Assembly (NCBI RefSeq): GCF_030684315.1
Contig: NC_081356.1
Coordinates: 132,792,933 to 132,856,932 of the forward strand
Length of the DNA stretch: 64,000 nt
Direction: 5' to 3'
Origin: Stegostoma tigrinum
Lineage: Eukaryota
Below are positions 1-12,370 of the stretch, one piece after another. The position numbers were made by a program, and so were the translations under genes. Numbering within the stretch: position 1 is the stretch's first letter; every line of letters starts with the position of its first letter. The notes under the pieces are model-generated. The model did no database searches. It was given only the letters and a program-made list of their open reading frames with translations, and was not told the DNA's origin.

Positions 1-747
1 TTACTTAACAATTCAAGAACCAGGAGAATCTGTATCAGGGTTTTTGCCTAGGTTAAGATGACTGGCAGAGGCATGTGACTTTGGTTAACCCTTAATGAGA
101 TGCTGAGAGACTGTTAGGTATGTGGGATTCATGATGTAACCATTAAAAGTGTCTACCAGCTGAAGCCCAACTAGAATTCAAACAGGTGACACAACTGGCT
201 TTACCACTAGAAAATGTGGCAAGTAGAGCATATGAGTTACAGGGCATTCTGAAGGAAATTCTAGGGACTGTCAAAGGAGCCATGGCCACCTTGCATGTTG
301 ACTAAGAAGCAATTCTGTAAAGCCTGCCCAGGGCGATTTGCCTTATGGGCAAAAGTAGAAACAGAAGTCAGAAGACTAGAAAGCAAAGGAATCATCAAAC
401 CAGTCCAGACTGTGAAATGGGCAGCTCTGATCATATCAATTGTGAAGCCCATCTGGTTAGTTCATCTTTGTGAAGATTTTAAGCAAACACTATACTACTT
501 TTCATAGCCTGATCAGTTGCTTGTCTGTCGCATCGGGATTTGTACGCACAATAGCAGGGGAACTGACCTCACAAAGCTGGATATGAGCCATGCATACCTG
601 CAATTGCAGTTAGATGAGGATTCCCAGAAGCATGCTAAATTACTACCAATAAGAATTTGTACCAATATGCTAGACTGCTATTTGGGGTCTCGTCAGACTG
701 TACAATTTTTCAGCTGACAATGAAGAACATTTTACAAGGTCTGCCCA
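1..747 (+). mobile_element. Degenerate Gypsy/Ty3 LTR-retrotransposon gag-pol fragment
   Basis: ORF 295-507 reads KVETEVRRLESKGIIKPV..WAALIISIVKP and ORF 517-717 reads TKLDMSHAYLQL, both Gypsy RT N-terminal motifs. The segment is paralogous to 27890-29560 and has many stops and frameshifts. Confidence 0.8.
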
Positions 748-1346
748 TGATGATATAATGGATTTAAGAGGTAGATTCTTTGTTAATGAAACGAGGTAGA
801 GGAGGCAAACAGTCTGCTCAAAGCCAGTATAGAGTAAACAGCTTATGAGGTCTGGGCCTTTTTTTTAAAAGTTGGAACAGCAGAACCAGCCTGACTGGGT
901 GGGGTCAAGTTCCCACAGAACCAGGATTATTAGCTTTAGCCTTGTACAGTTCCTGGGAACTTGAAGTTGGATATGGAAGCTCTTATTCCTCTCCCTGTTA
1001 CAGCTAAAAGCTGGGATTCTTTCATGCTGCTAGAATTGCATGTGAGACTATCTGTTTTACTGAATTTGCCTTTGCCTAGGGTGTGTTTATGGGATGTAAC
1101 TATATTGGAACTGTTAGTAGTATTTATTATATCTGTTATTTTGTTAAGCATTTTGATAGAGTTGAGTGAATTCTTTTTGTCTGTATTTGAACTGTAGTGT
1201 TAAAATTGTGTGTTGTCCTCAATGTTGAGTAGTTTGACCAACTGAATTACATCTAGGATGGAGCACCTTGCACTTATCTCTCTAAGATAAGAAAATGTTA
1301 GGGTCTAGATTATTATATTTTGAGGGAGTTTGGTCTCATCCATAAC
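748..1346 (+). mobile_element. Probable LTR of a second LTR-retroelement family
   Basis: Begins TG and ends ATAACA, followed immediately by a PBS-like AATTGGTGGCTC. It interrupts the Gypsy RT fragment. Confidence 0.45.
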
Positions 1347-1549
1347 AAATTGGTGGCTCTTGTGAGATTAAAATCTCTAATTCCGGGTTAGGATTATTGG
1401 ACTCAAAGCCAGCGAGTGGTGAGTGTTGGGCTTTTTTTAAAATTTGGGTGTTGCATTCAGTTGGTTTGAACAGGGTGTGCCCTGTGTAATAATGGCTTTT
1501 GCAGTCGCTAACAGTTTCCTGAAGGAAAGGGAGCAAAGCATGGTGCTTA

Positions 1550-1870
1550 GTGCGGCAAATGGCACAGTGGTTAGCACTACTGCCTCAGTGCCAGGGACCT
1601 GAGCTCAATTCCACTTGCGGTGACTGTCTGTGTGGTGTTTGTATGTTCTCCCCGTGTCTGCGTGGGTTTTCTCCGGGTGCTCCAGTTTCTTCCCACAGTC
1701 CAAAGATGTGCAGGTTAGGTGGATTGGCCATGCTAAATTGTTCATAGTGTTCAGGAATGTGTAGGTTAGGTGGGTCATAGGGGTATGGGTCTGGGTGGGA
1801 TGGTCTGAGGACTAGTGTGGAGTTGTCGGGCTGAAGGGCCTGTTTCCACACTGTACGGATTCTATGATCT
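1550..1870 (+). mobile_element. HE1-type tRNA-derived SINE
   Basis: tRNA-like head with an A box (TGGCACAGTGG) and a B-box-like segment, the central core TCCCACAGTCCAAAGATGTGCAGGTTAGGTGGATTGGCCATGCTAAATTG, and a CR1-like 3' tail ending TTCTATGAT. Confidence 0.85.
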
Positions 1871-2058
1871 ATTTGAAAGGGATCTGAGGGGCAACTTTTT
1901 CTTGCAGAAGGTGGCGCTGTATGGAAAGAGCAGCTAGAGGAAGTTGTGGAGGTTGGTACAAGACAACATTTGAAAGGTATCTGAATGGATACATGAATAA
2001 GAAGAGTTTAGAGGGATATTGGCCAAATGCTGACAAATGGGACTAGATTAAATTAGGA

Positions 2059-3170
2059 CATAGAACATAGAGCATTACAGCACAGTACAGGCCCTTCAGC
2101 CCTTGATGTTGGGCCGATCTGTCATACCGATCTGAAGCCCATCTAACCTACACTATTCCATGTATGTCCATCTGCTTATCCAATGACGACTTAAATGTAC
2201 CTAAAGTTGGCGAATCTACTACCGTTGCAGACAAAGCGTTCCATTCCCTTACTACTCTCTGAGTAAAGAAACTACCTCTGACATCTGTCCTATATCTTTC
2301 ACACCTCAATTTAAAGCTAAGCCCCCTCGTGCTCGCCATCACCATCTTAGGAAAAAGGCTCTCCCTATCCACCCTATCTAACCCTCTGATTATTTTATAT
2401 GTTTCAATTAAGTCACCTCTCAACCTTCTTCTCTCTAATGAAAACAGCCTCAAGTCCCTCAGCCTTTCCTCGTAAGACCTTCCCTCCATACCAGGCAACA
2501 TCCTAGTAAATCTCCTCTGCACCCTTTCCAAAGCTTCCACATCCTTCTTATAATGCAGTGACCAGAACTGTACACAATACTCCAAGTGCGGCCGCACCAG
2601 AGTTTTGTTCAGCTGCAGCATAACCTCTTGGTTCCAGAACTTGATCCCTCTACTAATAAAAGCTAAAACACTGTATGCCTTCTTAACAGCCCTGTCAACC
2701 TGGGTGGCAATTTTCAAGGATCTGTGTACATGGACACCGAGATCTCTCTGCTCATCTACACTACTAAGAATCTTACCATTAGCCCTGTACTTTGCCTTCC
2801 GGTTACTCCTACCAAAGTGCATCACCTCACACTCGTCTGCATTAAACTCCATTTGCCACCTCTCAGCCTAGCTCTGCAGCTTATCTATGTCTGTCTGCAA
2901 CCTACAGCATCCTTCGTCACTATCCACAACTCCACCGACTTTAGTGTCCTCTGCAAATTTACTAACCCATCCTTCTATGCCCTCATCCCGGTCATTTACA
3001 AAAATGACAAACAGCAGTGGATCCAACACCGACCCTTGCGGTACACCACTAGTAACTGGTCTCCAGGATGAACATTTCCCATCAACTACCACCCTCTGTC
3101 TTCTTTCAGCAAGCCAATTCCCAATCCAAACTGCTATATCTCCCACAATTCCATTCCTCCGCATTTTGCA
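2059..3170 (-). mobile_element. 5'-truncated CR1/HER1 LINE (RT C-terminus and 3' tail) nested in an older CR1 3' end
   Basis: ORF 2868-3173 ([16 protein letters not shown]) and ORF 2148-2852 (VRPHLEYCVQFW, LFSLERRRLRGDLI). The tail reads CATAGAACATAGA at 2059. Confidence 0.92.
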
Positions 3171-3238
3171 CACTTTGACTGATCAAGTAGCTTCGCATTG
3201 GGAATAGGGTGTTGAAGACCCAGCCTCTTATTGCTGAT
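3171..3238 (+). repeat. 68-bp local direct duplication, copy 1 (copy 2 at 3852-3919)
   Basis: CACTTTGACTGATCAAGTAGC...TTATTGCTGAT occurs twice, with 3 mismatches in 68 bp. Confidence 0.95.
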
Positions 3239-3380
3239 TGGCATGGACGAATTGGACTGAAGGGTCTGTTTCCATGCTGTACAGCTCCATGACTCTATGA
3301 CCTCTGAGGACAATTGGCCTCGCCAGAGAATATCCAGGAAACAGTTAAAATAATTTAATTCTGTCGTTTCTGTTCTGCAG

Positions 3381-3482
3381 GTCATCATTTCAAAGCCCAC
3401 AAAGCTGTCCTTGCTGCCTGTAGCCAGTTCTTCTGTCGATTTTTCCAGGATTTCAGAGAGGAGCCCTTGGTTGAAATCGAAG
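3381..3482 (+). CDS. ZNF131: ZNF131 coding exon (BTB domain, first exon in window)
   Basis: ttctgcag acceptor and G|gtgagt donor; 102 nt, phase 1-1. Reads GHHFKAHKAVLAACSQFFCRFFQDFREEPLVEIEG, which matches the vertebrate ZNF131 BTB sequence as I recall it. Confidence 0.95.
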
Positions 3483-4480
3483 GTGAGTTTTCACAGCTAC
3501 AGCAACTGCTTCACAGAGATCAACTGACTTGTTCCTCGTGTTACTTTCTTGCATGAATGCACCAGTTTGACAGTTTCTTGAATGACTTCACAGTTCTTAT
3601 ATTCTGTCTTAACTGGAGTAATTTTATACCCTCCCCTGTGATGATTTTGGTACTGGGGTCCTTGTCCCCTTTTTGGCAAGAAAGCCTGAGGATTTTTCAC
3701 AGTACTGCCAATTGAGCTACTTATGGGCATATAATATCCATTTGAGAATCTTTTGCATGTTGATATGTGTGGGATTCACAATGTGGGCAGCATGACAGAC
3801 AGACCGTTATGGATGTGCTCTGGACTCCTGGAGACACCCCTCCTTTAAAGGCACTTTGACTGATCAAGTAGCTTTGCATTGGGAATGGGGTGTTGAAGAC
3901 CCAGCCACTTATTGCTGATCCCCCTTCCTGCCATCAGGCATCTTAGACAACACCTTTCAAACCCACAACAGCTACCACACCACCAGAGGTAAATTCCTCT
4001 CCAAGCCACTCATCATAAGACTTGGAAATATATCACTGTTCCTTCATTGTCACTGGTTAAATCCTGCAAATCCCTTCCTAATGGCACTGTGCGTCTACAT
4101 GCAGAAAATGGACTGTAGCAGTTCAAGAAGGCAACTCTTTACCACCTTCCCAAAGCTAAACTAGGGATGTGTGATAAATATTGGTCCTGCCAGTGATGCC
4201 CTCATTCCACAAATAAATACATAAAACCCTCACCTGTCACTTTATCCATTGGTGATCCAAAGTCTGTTCCTAACTCATTCTCATCCATGAATCACAAAAA
4301 GCTAGCATCTAGGTTCAGTGGCTAAAAGATGAGGTAAATGTAATGTTGGCCTTTAATGCGAAAGAAATTGATATAAAAGTAGGGAGGTTTTGCTAAAAAT
4401 ATACCAGGTGCTAGTTAGATGCTGTTGGAATAATGTGAGCAGTTTGGGCCCCTTGTCGCAGAAATAAATATACTGGCATT

Positions 4481-4581
4481 TTTTTTTCTGAAGAAGGGTC
4501 TAGGCCCGAAACGCCATCCTTCCTGGTCCTCTGATGCTGCTTGGACTGCAGTGTTCATCCAGCTCTACACCTTGTTACCTC
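4481..4581 (+). mobile_element. Short Penelope-like 3' fragment with hammerhead-like core and 11-bp TSD
   Basis: CTGAAGAAGGGTCTAGGCCCGAAACGCC at 4488-4515. Flanked by ATACTGGCATT at 4470-4480 and 4582-4592 inside a CR1 fragment. Confidence 0.8.
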
Positions 4582-5459
4582 ATACTGGCATTGGAGGCAG
4601 TCAGTGAAGACTGTTTTCTTCTTCACAGATGCTGCCAGACCTGCTGAGCTTTTCCAGCAACTTTGTTTTTGTTCCTGATTTACAACATACGCAGTTCTTT
4701 TGATTTTTATTAAGATTATTTCCCTGATGACCATGAAGTGACCATTGAATGTGGTTCTGCTCTTCCATTTATTTCCCGGGCTGAGGCTGTAGAGATGTTT
4801 CAAGATTTTGCAGTGCAGCATGAAAACATGGAACATGTTTGGCTGCACTGATGACATGGCATGTATCCCACTCATTCAGAGCAGACTAAGCAGAAAAAAG
4901 ATTACTGAGTTTTTCCAAAGTAACTCTCAATATTTTTCCGTAACTTTTTCCTATACGGTCTTGTCTGGTCTTTGTAAATTGGAAACACATTGAGAAATAA
5001 AAATATTTTTGATCTATTTGTTACATTACTGAATTTTCATCTTTTTTAACATAGCACGTTGGTGGACAAGTCAGGTTTACCCCTCTATCCCCAGGCTCTG
5101 TTAACTTTGATTATTGACTTATAGCTATTTTACTTTGGGTCTGTTATGTATTTAAAATCAAGGTAACCATTTCTTTTTCAAGCAGCCTAAGTTTAAAAAC
5201 TAAGCCATGATATAAAACTCTGTTTCCCATCTAAATCTATTCCACTCCAAATTGTATTCACAATTATTGTAAGTCATCCAAGGTGGCTTTCCTTGAAGCA
5301 CTGTGTTTATGTTTGCATGGGACCATTTGTTCAATGTCATCTTTGATAGCATGTAGGCACAGACAAGATCCCCATATGCATGGATACAAATATCTTTCAT
5401 TAACCGCACAGACGCAGCATATAATACAAATACTTGGGTAATTATTACACATAACTAAA

Positions 5460-5832
5460 CTTGTACTCATTGGAGCTGAGAAGAATGAGAGGAGACCCTA
5501 TTAAAGCACATAATATTAGAAGGATTGACAGAGTAGATGCAGAGGGAAAGTAGGACCAGAGGGCATAATCACAGAAAAAGGATCAATGTGTTAGAACAAA
5601 GATGAGGAGAGATCCTTTTTCTCAAAGGATGGTGAATTTCTGGAATTCTTCACTGCAGAGGGCTGTGGAGCTGGGGGGGTTGTCATTAAATATATTCAAA
5701 ACAGATTTTAAAAAAATCATTAAGGGAATCAAAGGTTTTGGGGAAAAGGCAGGAAAGTCGATTTGAGGGTTATATGATTAGCCATGATCTCATTGAATGG
5801 CGAAGTGGGCTTGATGGTCAAATGGCCTTCTG
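5460..5832 (+). mobile_element. CR1 LINE 3' fragment
   Basis: Degenerate LYSLE.RRMRGD coding remnant followed by a CR1-type 3' UTR. Confidence 0.7.
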
Positions 5833-6069
5833 CGCTTCCATCTTATGATCTAAACCACAACTATTTATTGAAATGTAAGTTCAATCCTACATAGCTTTAC
5901 TTGTCTATATTTCAACTGACTTTATGAATGCAGGTTATTTGATAGGTAATTCCATAGTTTTAACGTTCTAGGAGATACTGAGTTTGAACAGGATGCATCG
6001 AGACTTGCTGTGAATCAGTGTAGTTGTTACTGGGCTGTGTTTTTGACAACTGACTGTTCTTTACCTCAG

Positions 6070-6214
6070 GAGTGAGTAATCTTGCATTCCGACATTTGAT
6101 TGAGTTTACATATACTGCCAAGCTGATGTTGCTTCAGGAGGAAGAGGCAAGTGACGTGTGGAAGGCAGCTGAATACTTGCAGATGGAAGAGGCAATGAAA
6201 GCACTCAACAATCG
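6070..6214 (+). CDS. ZNF131: ZNF131 coding exon (end of BTB domain)
   Basis: ttacctcag acceptor and CG|gtaaca donor; 145 nt, phase 1-2. Reads GVSNLAFRHLIEFTYTAKLMLLQEEEASDVWKAAEYLQMEEAMKALNNR. Confidence 0.95.
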
Positions 6215-7735
6215 GTAACAAAACCCTTCTGTACTTCGTGTGTGTTCTTCTATATTACATCATAAGATTTTTAAATAACTGTTTTAATGCCAAAGTAGCC
6301 GATTGAAATTCGAGGCATTGGCAAAATCCTTTGTAGAATGATGGCTCAGTTACCTTCTGTGCTTTATCATGCCTTATCTGCCAACAAAGACTTGTTTGTA
6401 AAACATGATTTTCTAGCACTGGGTACTGCCTGCCAAACATTGAATTACTTTTAAGTGCAATGTTGTCTTATGCAAATACAATAACCAATTTCCATACTGA
6501 TAGACCCCACAAACAGCAGAGGGGTGAAGGCCCTGTTATTTGATTGTTGTTTGTTTCCTTATATCTCACTGGGGTGGCACGCCATCAAAAAAACTTAATT
6601 TCTTTTAAATTTGCAAAGTTCTCTCATGTACTCGCACTTTAGATTCATGTTGACTGAAAACACAAAGCAGGTTTCTGAACTTTACAAGAATTACTGTTTA
6701 TCACAACTAAATAGAATCTAACTGCAGGTAAATGATGATGAACTGTCAACATATAACTATATCAGTTAAAATTTTAGCTCCTTTATAAACTTCACCTCGC
6801 ATACACGTGCAGAGGTGAAGAAAGGAGACTGAGATAGAAGGAGGGAAAACTGGGAAAGCAGTTTCTATTCACATCTGCTGAGATTATTCTTGTGCTGATT
6901 TAGAATGCTGCTTCTTGCTTATCCTTCTTGAGATGTTCCACTGGTTTGTGGGAGGCACAGGGCGACTGCTTCACACTTCTAATGAGTCGGAGATTCTTTA
7001 TTTAAAAGGCGCAGTTTACAGCATCTGCTAAAAGAAAAAGAAGCCGGTTTTCTTCAGGCTTAAAGTGGGCTATGATACAGAAACCAGACAAAGCTCCTGA
7101 GATGGGAGAGATCTAACAGCTTCTCCCTATCTTTATCACAGCTCCAAGATGTTCAGCTACCTATGAACCAGTACATAGTTATTGGCAAGGAGGACGTCTT
7201 TGTCATTAAGAACTGCTCACTAGTCCACAGACCAATCAGCTACTTATTGCTGGATGAATGTCTCGTTGCACACAGCTTGTCTGCACCTTCTTCCACTACT
7301 GCTGTACCAGCAGTTATGTAAGCAGTGATTGCAATGAGTATAGTGTAAAAGCTACTGTAATCCTCAAACAACCCATTTAAAATAGTTCTTTTCACATTTC
7401 AGCCCACAATCAAAAATGCAGGAAAATAAGAAAAAAACAGGCTTTACAGTTTAATGATTTTCTGAACAGACTTTGGTTGAATGGATCATTCATTCCGTTG
7501 TTTTAGGGATTCTGCAAACACTCACCTCACTTCAAAGCAATTCATTCGAGATGTCTGTGAGCATGTGATCTGGTGCTTCGTGAATGCATTCTTCTTTATT
7601 CTCAACCTGGCCCTGTTTTAATCAAGAACACATTTGGGCCCTTGTAAAAAAAACACAGAGTCTGATCTAATTGCAACCCTGTGCTGTATCCTTGCATTGT
7701 AATACAGTGAAGACTCATCATTCATAAATTTGTAT

Positions 7736-8030
7736 AGCGAGTTTTGAGAAGATTTGTAGCTCAGGTTGAGGTCCTGGATGTGAGTTTGCTCGCTGAGCTG
7801 GAAGGTTAGTTTTCAGACGTTTTGTCACCATTCTAGGTAACATCATCAGTGAGACTCCGGTGAAGCGCTGGTGTTATGTCCCGCTTTCTATTTATCTGTT
7901 AACCTAAACAGATAAATAGAAAGTGGGACATAACACCAGCGCTTCACCGGAGGCTCACTGATGATGTTACCTAGAATGGTGGCGACATGTCTGAAAACTA
8001 ACCTTCCAGCTCAGCGAGTAAACTCACATC
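7736..8030. mobile_element. Palindromic non-autonomous Penelope-like insertion (family B) with 13-bp TSD
   Basis: About 125-bp inverted arms (7777-7900 and 7906-8030) and a 41-nt one-sided tail at 7736-7776. TSD CATAAATTTGTAT at 7723-7735 and 8031-8043. Each arm has a degenerate CTGATGA...GAAACGTC hammerhead core. Confidence 0.85.
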
Positions 8031-8049
8031 CATAAATTTGTATTTTTTT

Positions 8050-8392
8050 TTATTCTTCTTGAGAAGACAGTGTCATTGGCCATTTATTACCCATTCCTAA
8101 TCTTCCACGGGGCAGTTAGGTGTCAACCACATTGTTGTGGGTCTGGAGTCACATGTAGGCCAGACCAGATAAGGTTGGCAGTTTTCTTCTCTAAAAGACA
8201 TTAATGGACCAGTTAAATTTTTCTGACAGTTGCCAATTATTTTGTGGCCATCATTAGAATCGTAATTCCAGATATTTATTGATTTTAAATTCCACCATTG
8301 CCATAGCAGGATTCAAACCTAGGTCACTCGATCATCACTAGGGTCTCTGGATTAATAGTCTAGTGATGACTACAATAAACCATCACCTCCCC
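8050..8392 (-). mobile_element. tRNA-derived Deu-domain (SacSINE1-like) SINE; related copies at about 26370-26550, 37660-38000, 43862-44200 and 58650-58830
   Basis: Shared core GTGGGTCTGGAGTCACATGTAGGCCAGACCAG and a tRNA-like head (reverse complement of GGTTTGAATCC). The family name is from recall. Confidence 0.65.
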
Positions 8393-8737
8393 TTGAATAA
8401 AATTAATCATCTACTGTGTGCACCATTTCACCCATTGCGGTGACAAAATGGATGTTCTTTCAACAAAGGAAGCACTTAAATAAATGTAAAAAGTAAGATT
8501 TGATGGATTTGCATGAGGCATTTCCTGTACTAGAAAGTGCACACTGTGCATGTCATCTACAGTGTTGCTTACTGGAAGTGTAAAAACATGGGTGTTCAGT
8601 TTGTAATAATATAAATAAGTATGACATTTTATGTACTTATAGATTCATTGAGCAATACAGCATGGTCTGTGCCGACCAAAATCCCAAATTAAACTAATTC
8701 CACCTCCCTACGCTTGGCACATATCCCTCCAAATATT

Positions 8738-9737
8738 AGATAACAAAGTGTGAAGCTGGATGAATACAGCAGGCCAAACAGCATCTCAGGAGCACAAAAG
8801 CTGACGTTTTGGGCCTAGACCGTTCATCGGAGAGGGTTCTGAAATAAATAGGGGGAGAAGGGGAGGCGGACCGAAGATGGATAGAGGAGAAGATAGGTGG
8901 AGAGGAGAGTATACTTTGGGAGGTAGGGAGGGGATAGGTTAGTCCGGGGAGGACAGACAGGTCAAGGAGGCGGGATGAGGTTGGTAGGTGGGAAATGGAG
9001 GAGCGGCTTGAGGTGGAAGGAGGGGATAGATGAGAGGAAGAACAGGTTAGGGAGGTGGGGATGAGCTGGGCTGGTTTTGTGATGCACTGGGGGGAGGGGA
9101 TGAGCTAGGCTGGTTTTGGGATGCAGTGGGGGAAGGGGGTGATTTTGAAGCTTGTGAAGTCCACATCGATACCATTGGCCTGCAGGGTTTCCAAGCGGAA
9201 TATGAGTTGCTGTTCCTGCAACCTTTGGGTGGCATCATTGTGGCACTGCAGGAGGCCCGTGATGGACATGTCATCTGAGGAATGGGAGTGGGAGTTAAAA
9301 TGGTTCGTGACTGGCAGGTGCAGTTGTTTATTGCGACCCAAGTGGAGGTGTTCTGCAAAGCGGTCCCCAAGCCTCCGCTTGGTTTCCCCAATGTAGAGGA
9401 AGCCACAGTGGATATAGTATACTGCATTGGCAGATGTGCAGGTGAACATCTGCTTAATATGGAAAGTCATCTTGGGGCCTGGGATAGGGGTGAGGGAGGA
9501 GGTGTGGGGGCAAGTGTAGCACTTCCTGCAGTTGCATGGGAAGGTGCTGTGTGTGGTGGGGTTAGAGGGGAGTGTGGAGTGCACAAGGGAGTCACGGAGA
9601 GAGTGGTCTCTCCGGAAGGCACACAAGGGTGGGGATGGAAAAATGTCTTTCGTCATGGGGTCGGATTGTCGATGGCGGACACTTCACACTTTGTTATCTT
9701 GTAAACTCCAGCATCTGCAGTTCCCTTTATCTCTCTC
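8738..9737 (-). mobile_element. 5'-truncated Penelope-like element (GIY-YIG end) with inverted terminal segment and 14-bp TSD, inserted in a CR1 (about 8640-10330, minus strand)
   Basis: ORF 9105-9656 contains VYYIHCGFLYIGETKRRLGDRFAEH (GIY-YIG). Inverted piece plus tail at 9682-9737. TSD TCCCTCCAAATATT at 8724-8737 and 9738-9751. Confidence 0.9.
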
Positions 9738-10758
9738 TCCCTCCAAATATTTCTTATTTATGTACATATCTAAATGTCTTTTAAACTTTGTAACTGTACT
9801 CGCATCCACTGGAAGTCCCTTCCACACACAAACCACTCACTGTGTAAAAAAAAACTTGTCCCTCATTTCTTCTTAAAATCTTTCTCTCACCTTAGAAATA
9901 TTCCACTTAGTCTTGAAGTCTTCCACTCTAGGGAATATACACCAGCCATTCGCCTTATCTGTACCATTAATGATTTTATAAACCTCAATGAGGTCACCCT
10001 GCAACCTCCTACACTTCATTGAACAAAGGCCCAGCTCATCCAGCCTTTCCCCATAACTCAAACCCAGCCACACCCTGGTAAATCTCTTCTGGATTCTCCC
10101 CAGCTTAATAATATCCTTCTTATTAACAGGGCAACTAGAACTGCACACAGTACTCCAGAAGAGGCCTCACAAATATCTGTACAATCTCAACTCCTCTACT
10201 CAAAGATTTGATCAATGAAGACAAGAATGATAAATGCCTTCTTAACTACCCTATTTATATGTGGTGCAAATTTCAAAGAATTATGTACCTAAACCCCCAG
10301 GTACCTGTGTTCTTCAACACTACCCGAGGTGCTACTTTCAATTGCATAAGTTTGTTTTACTGCCCATGTTTTGTTTACTTTTATTTTGTTAGTTTTTATA
10401 AGTAGGATTTTTAAAATTTTAAAAACATGGTTTTTCTTAGATATGTATTGATATTTTTTGATGGCCGGAACCTATCCAAATGACTGTCATTATAAAATAT
10501 GCTTTCCATTTGGGAATTTGCCCGTTGAGAGATTTTCCAAGAATGTAACTCTCCTTGAGCTGTAAGACTCTGTTGTACTCTTCTTTATCCCATTTATCCC
10601 CTCGCTGTGTGTCTTTGCCTGCATTACTCTTTCCTGTCCCACATAATTCCTTGCTCTGTGTCCTTCTCTGTATTACTGTTCCCTGTCCCACTCATTGCCT
10701 CAGTCTGTGTCCTTGTCTGTGTTCCCTATCCCACTCACTGTCCTGGTTTACTCTTCAG

Positions 10759-11504
10759 AGACAATGCAGACTCACCGGCGAAAGCCAAAACATCTGGCAA
10801 GAGGAAAGCCAAGAAGCGCACAATAGCAGAAACATCGAATGTCATCACAGAAACCCTGCCATCCATCCAAGAAACGGATACCGTAGAAATTGACCAGGAG
10901 AATGTTTTTGCTGCGGAGATCGTGGAGATCAACGCAGAAGAGATAGAAGAGGAGGCTAGGGCTACTGTGATGGAAGCAGTGGAGAACCTGCCAACAGCAG
11001 ATGAGTCAGCACAGCCATCTGGTGATGTGACAGGCTCGGAACAACCGGCCGAATCAGCACTTGCTCTTCTCGCCGATATCACCAGCAAATACCAACAGGA
11101 TGAGCTGGACAAGGAGCTGGAGAAGGAAGGGGAACGGGAGTCTGCAGGCCAGTCCCAGGAGGAGTCCGAAACATCCATTGTAACAGAGGATGGGATCCAC
11201 ATCGTGGAAGTGCTGGCACAGGGTGACAAACTGTTCTGTTGTGAGAAATGCAGCCGCTCCTTTAGACTCTTTTACCACTTCAAGGAGCACCTGAAGGTGC
11301 ACTCGGGGGAGAACTATGTATGCCACCTTTGCAGCAAACAGTACACACGGGAGAGCGCCTGGAAGCAGCACCTCTCCTCTCACCGAGAAGAGGAAGGTGG
11401 GAACAAGAAACCAAGGTGTGTTCGCAAAGTGCATGTGTGTCAGTACTGTGAGAAACAGTTTGACCACTTTGGACATTTTAAAGAACATCTTCGAAAGCAC
11501 ACAG
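10759..11504 (+). CDS. ZNF131: ZNF131 large coding exon (basic NLS-like segment, acidic linker, zinc fingers 1-3)
   Basis: ctcttcag acceptor and G|gtaaga donor; 746 nt, phase 2-1. Contains KAKKRTIAETSNVITETLPS, SALALLADITSKY and CQYCEKQFDHFGHFKEHLRKHTG. Confidence 0.96.
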
Positions 11505-12239
11505 GTAAGAAGTGTCATCAATACTGTGCCTTTGCCCTCCAAGATCTTACTGTTATCCTCAGATCATTGAATGATACAAGACAGAAGGTGGCCATTGGGC
11601 TCATTGCGTCGGTGCTGGCTCTTTGAAATATTTGTCCTGGTGTCCTCTCCTGAAAAATCTTCTAATTTGAGTATTTATCCATTTCTGTCTTGAAACTTAT
11701 TATCAAGTCTGCTTCCACTGTATTTTCAGGAAGTGCATTCAGATCCTAACAATCAATAAAAATGATATTGCATTAAATCTGTGCCCTCCTTGCTGATTCT
11801 GCTGCTGGTAGAAACAGTTTCTGTTTATTTGCTTGATCAGTTTCTCCTCATCTCTGTCATAAATGGGTAATCATTTATTTTCTAACTGTGAACTCTATTC
11901 CTAAAATTTCTCACAAGAAGAAACAACCTTTCCACATCCTGATTAGTAAGGGGATTGAAGGTTACTGGGAGAAGGCAGGAGAATGGGGCTGAGAAACACA
12001 TTTGCCATGATCAAATGGCAGAGCAGACTAAATGGGCTAAATGACCAAATTCTGCTGCAGTGTCTTATGGTCACATGTAACCTATCATTTATTATTTTGT
12101 TTTGAGGATAGCAAAGTAACTGCCTGGTATCATTCTGGTTTCTGGATAGGAGAACATGGTATTTGGATTGATTCATTTCACAGATGTGTCCAAAGCCTTG
12201 GAGCAATGAATGGTGAAATCTACTCTTTTACTTCCTCAG

Positions 12240-12370
12240 GTGAGAAGCCCTTCGAGTGTCCAAACTGTCATGAGCGATTTGCCAGGAATAGCACACTGAA
12301 ATGTCACCTGGTGGCCTGCCGAACGGGTATGGGTGCAAAGAAAGGAAGGAAGAAGATGTACGAGTGTCAG
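12240..12370 (+). CDS. ZNF131: ZNF131 coding exon (zinc finger 4 and start of finger 5)
   Basis: cttcctcag acceptor and CAG|gtacag donor; 131 nt, phase 1-0. Reads GEKPFECPNCHERFARNSTLKCHLVACRTGMGAKKGRKKMYECQ. Confidence 0.96.

Noticed and set aside
1550-1625. tRNA genes at SINE heads
   Set aside because: The cloverleafs are degenerate and run directly into the SINE core and tail; not functional tRNAs.
10607-11626. 339-aa ORF as a stand-alone gene
   Set aside because: Only 10759-11504 is exonic. The N-terminal (MCLCLH...) and C-terminal (KKCHQY...) parts are intron read-through.
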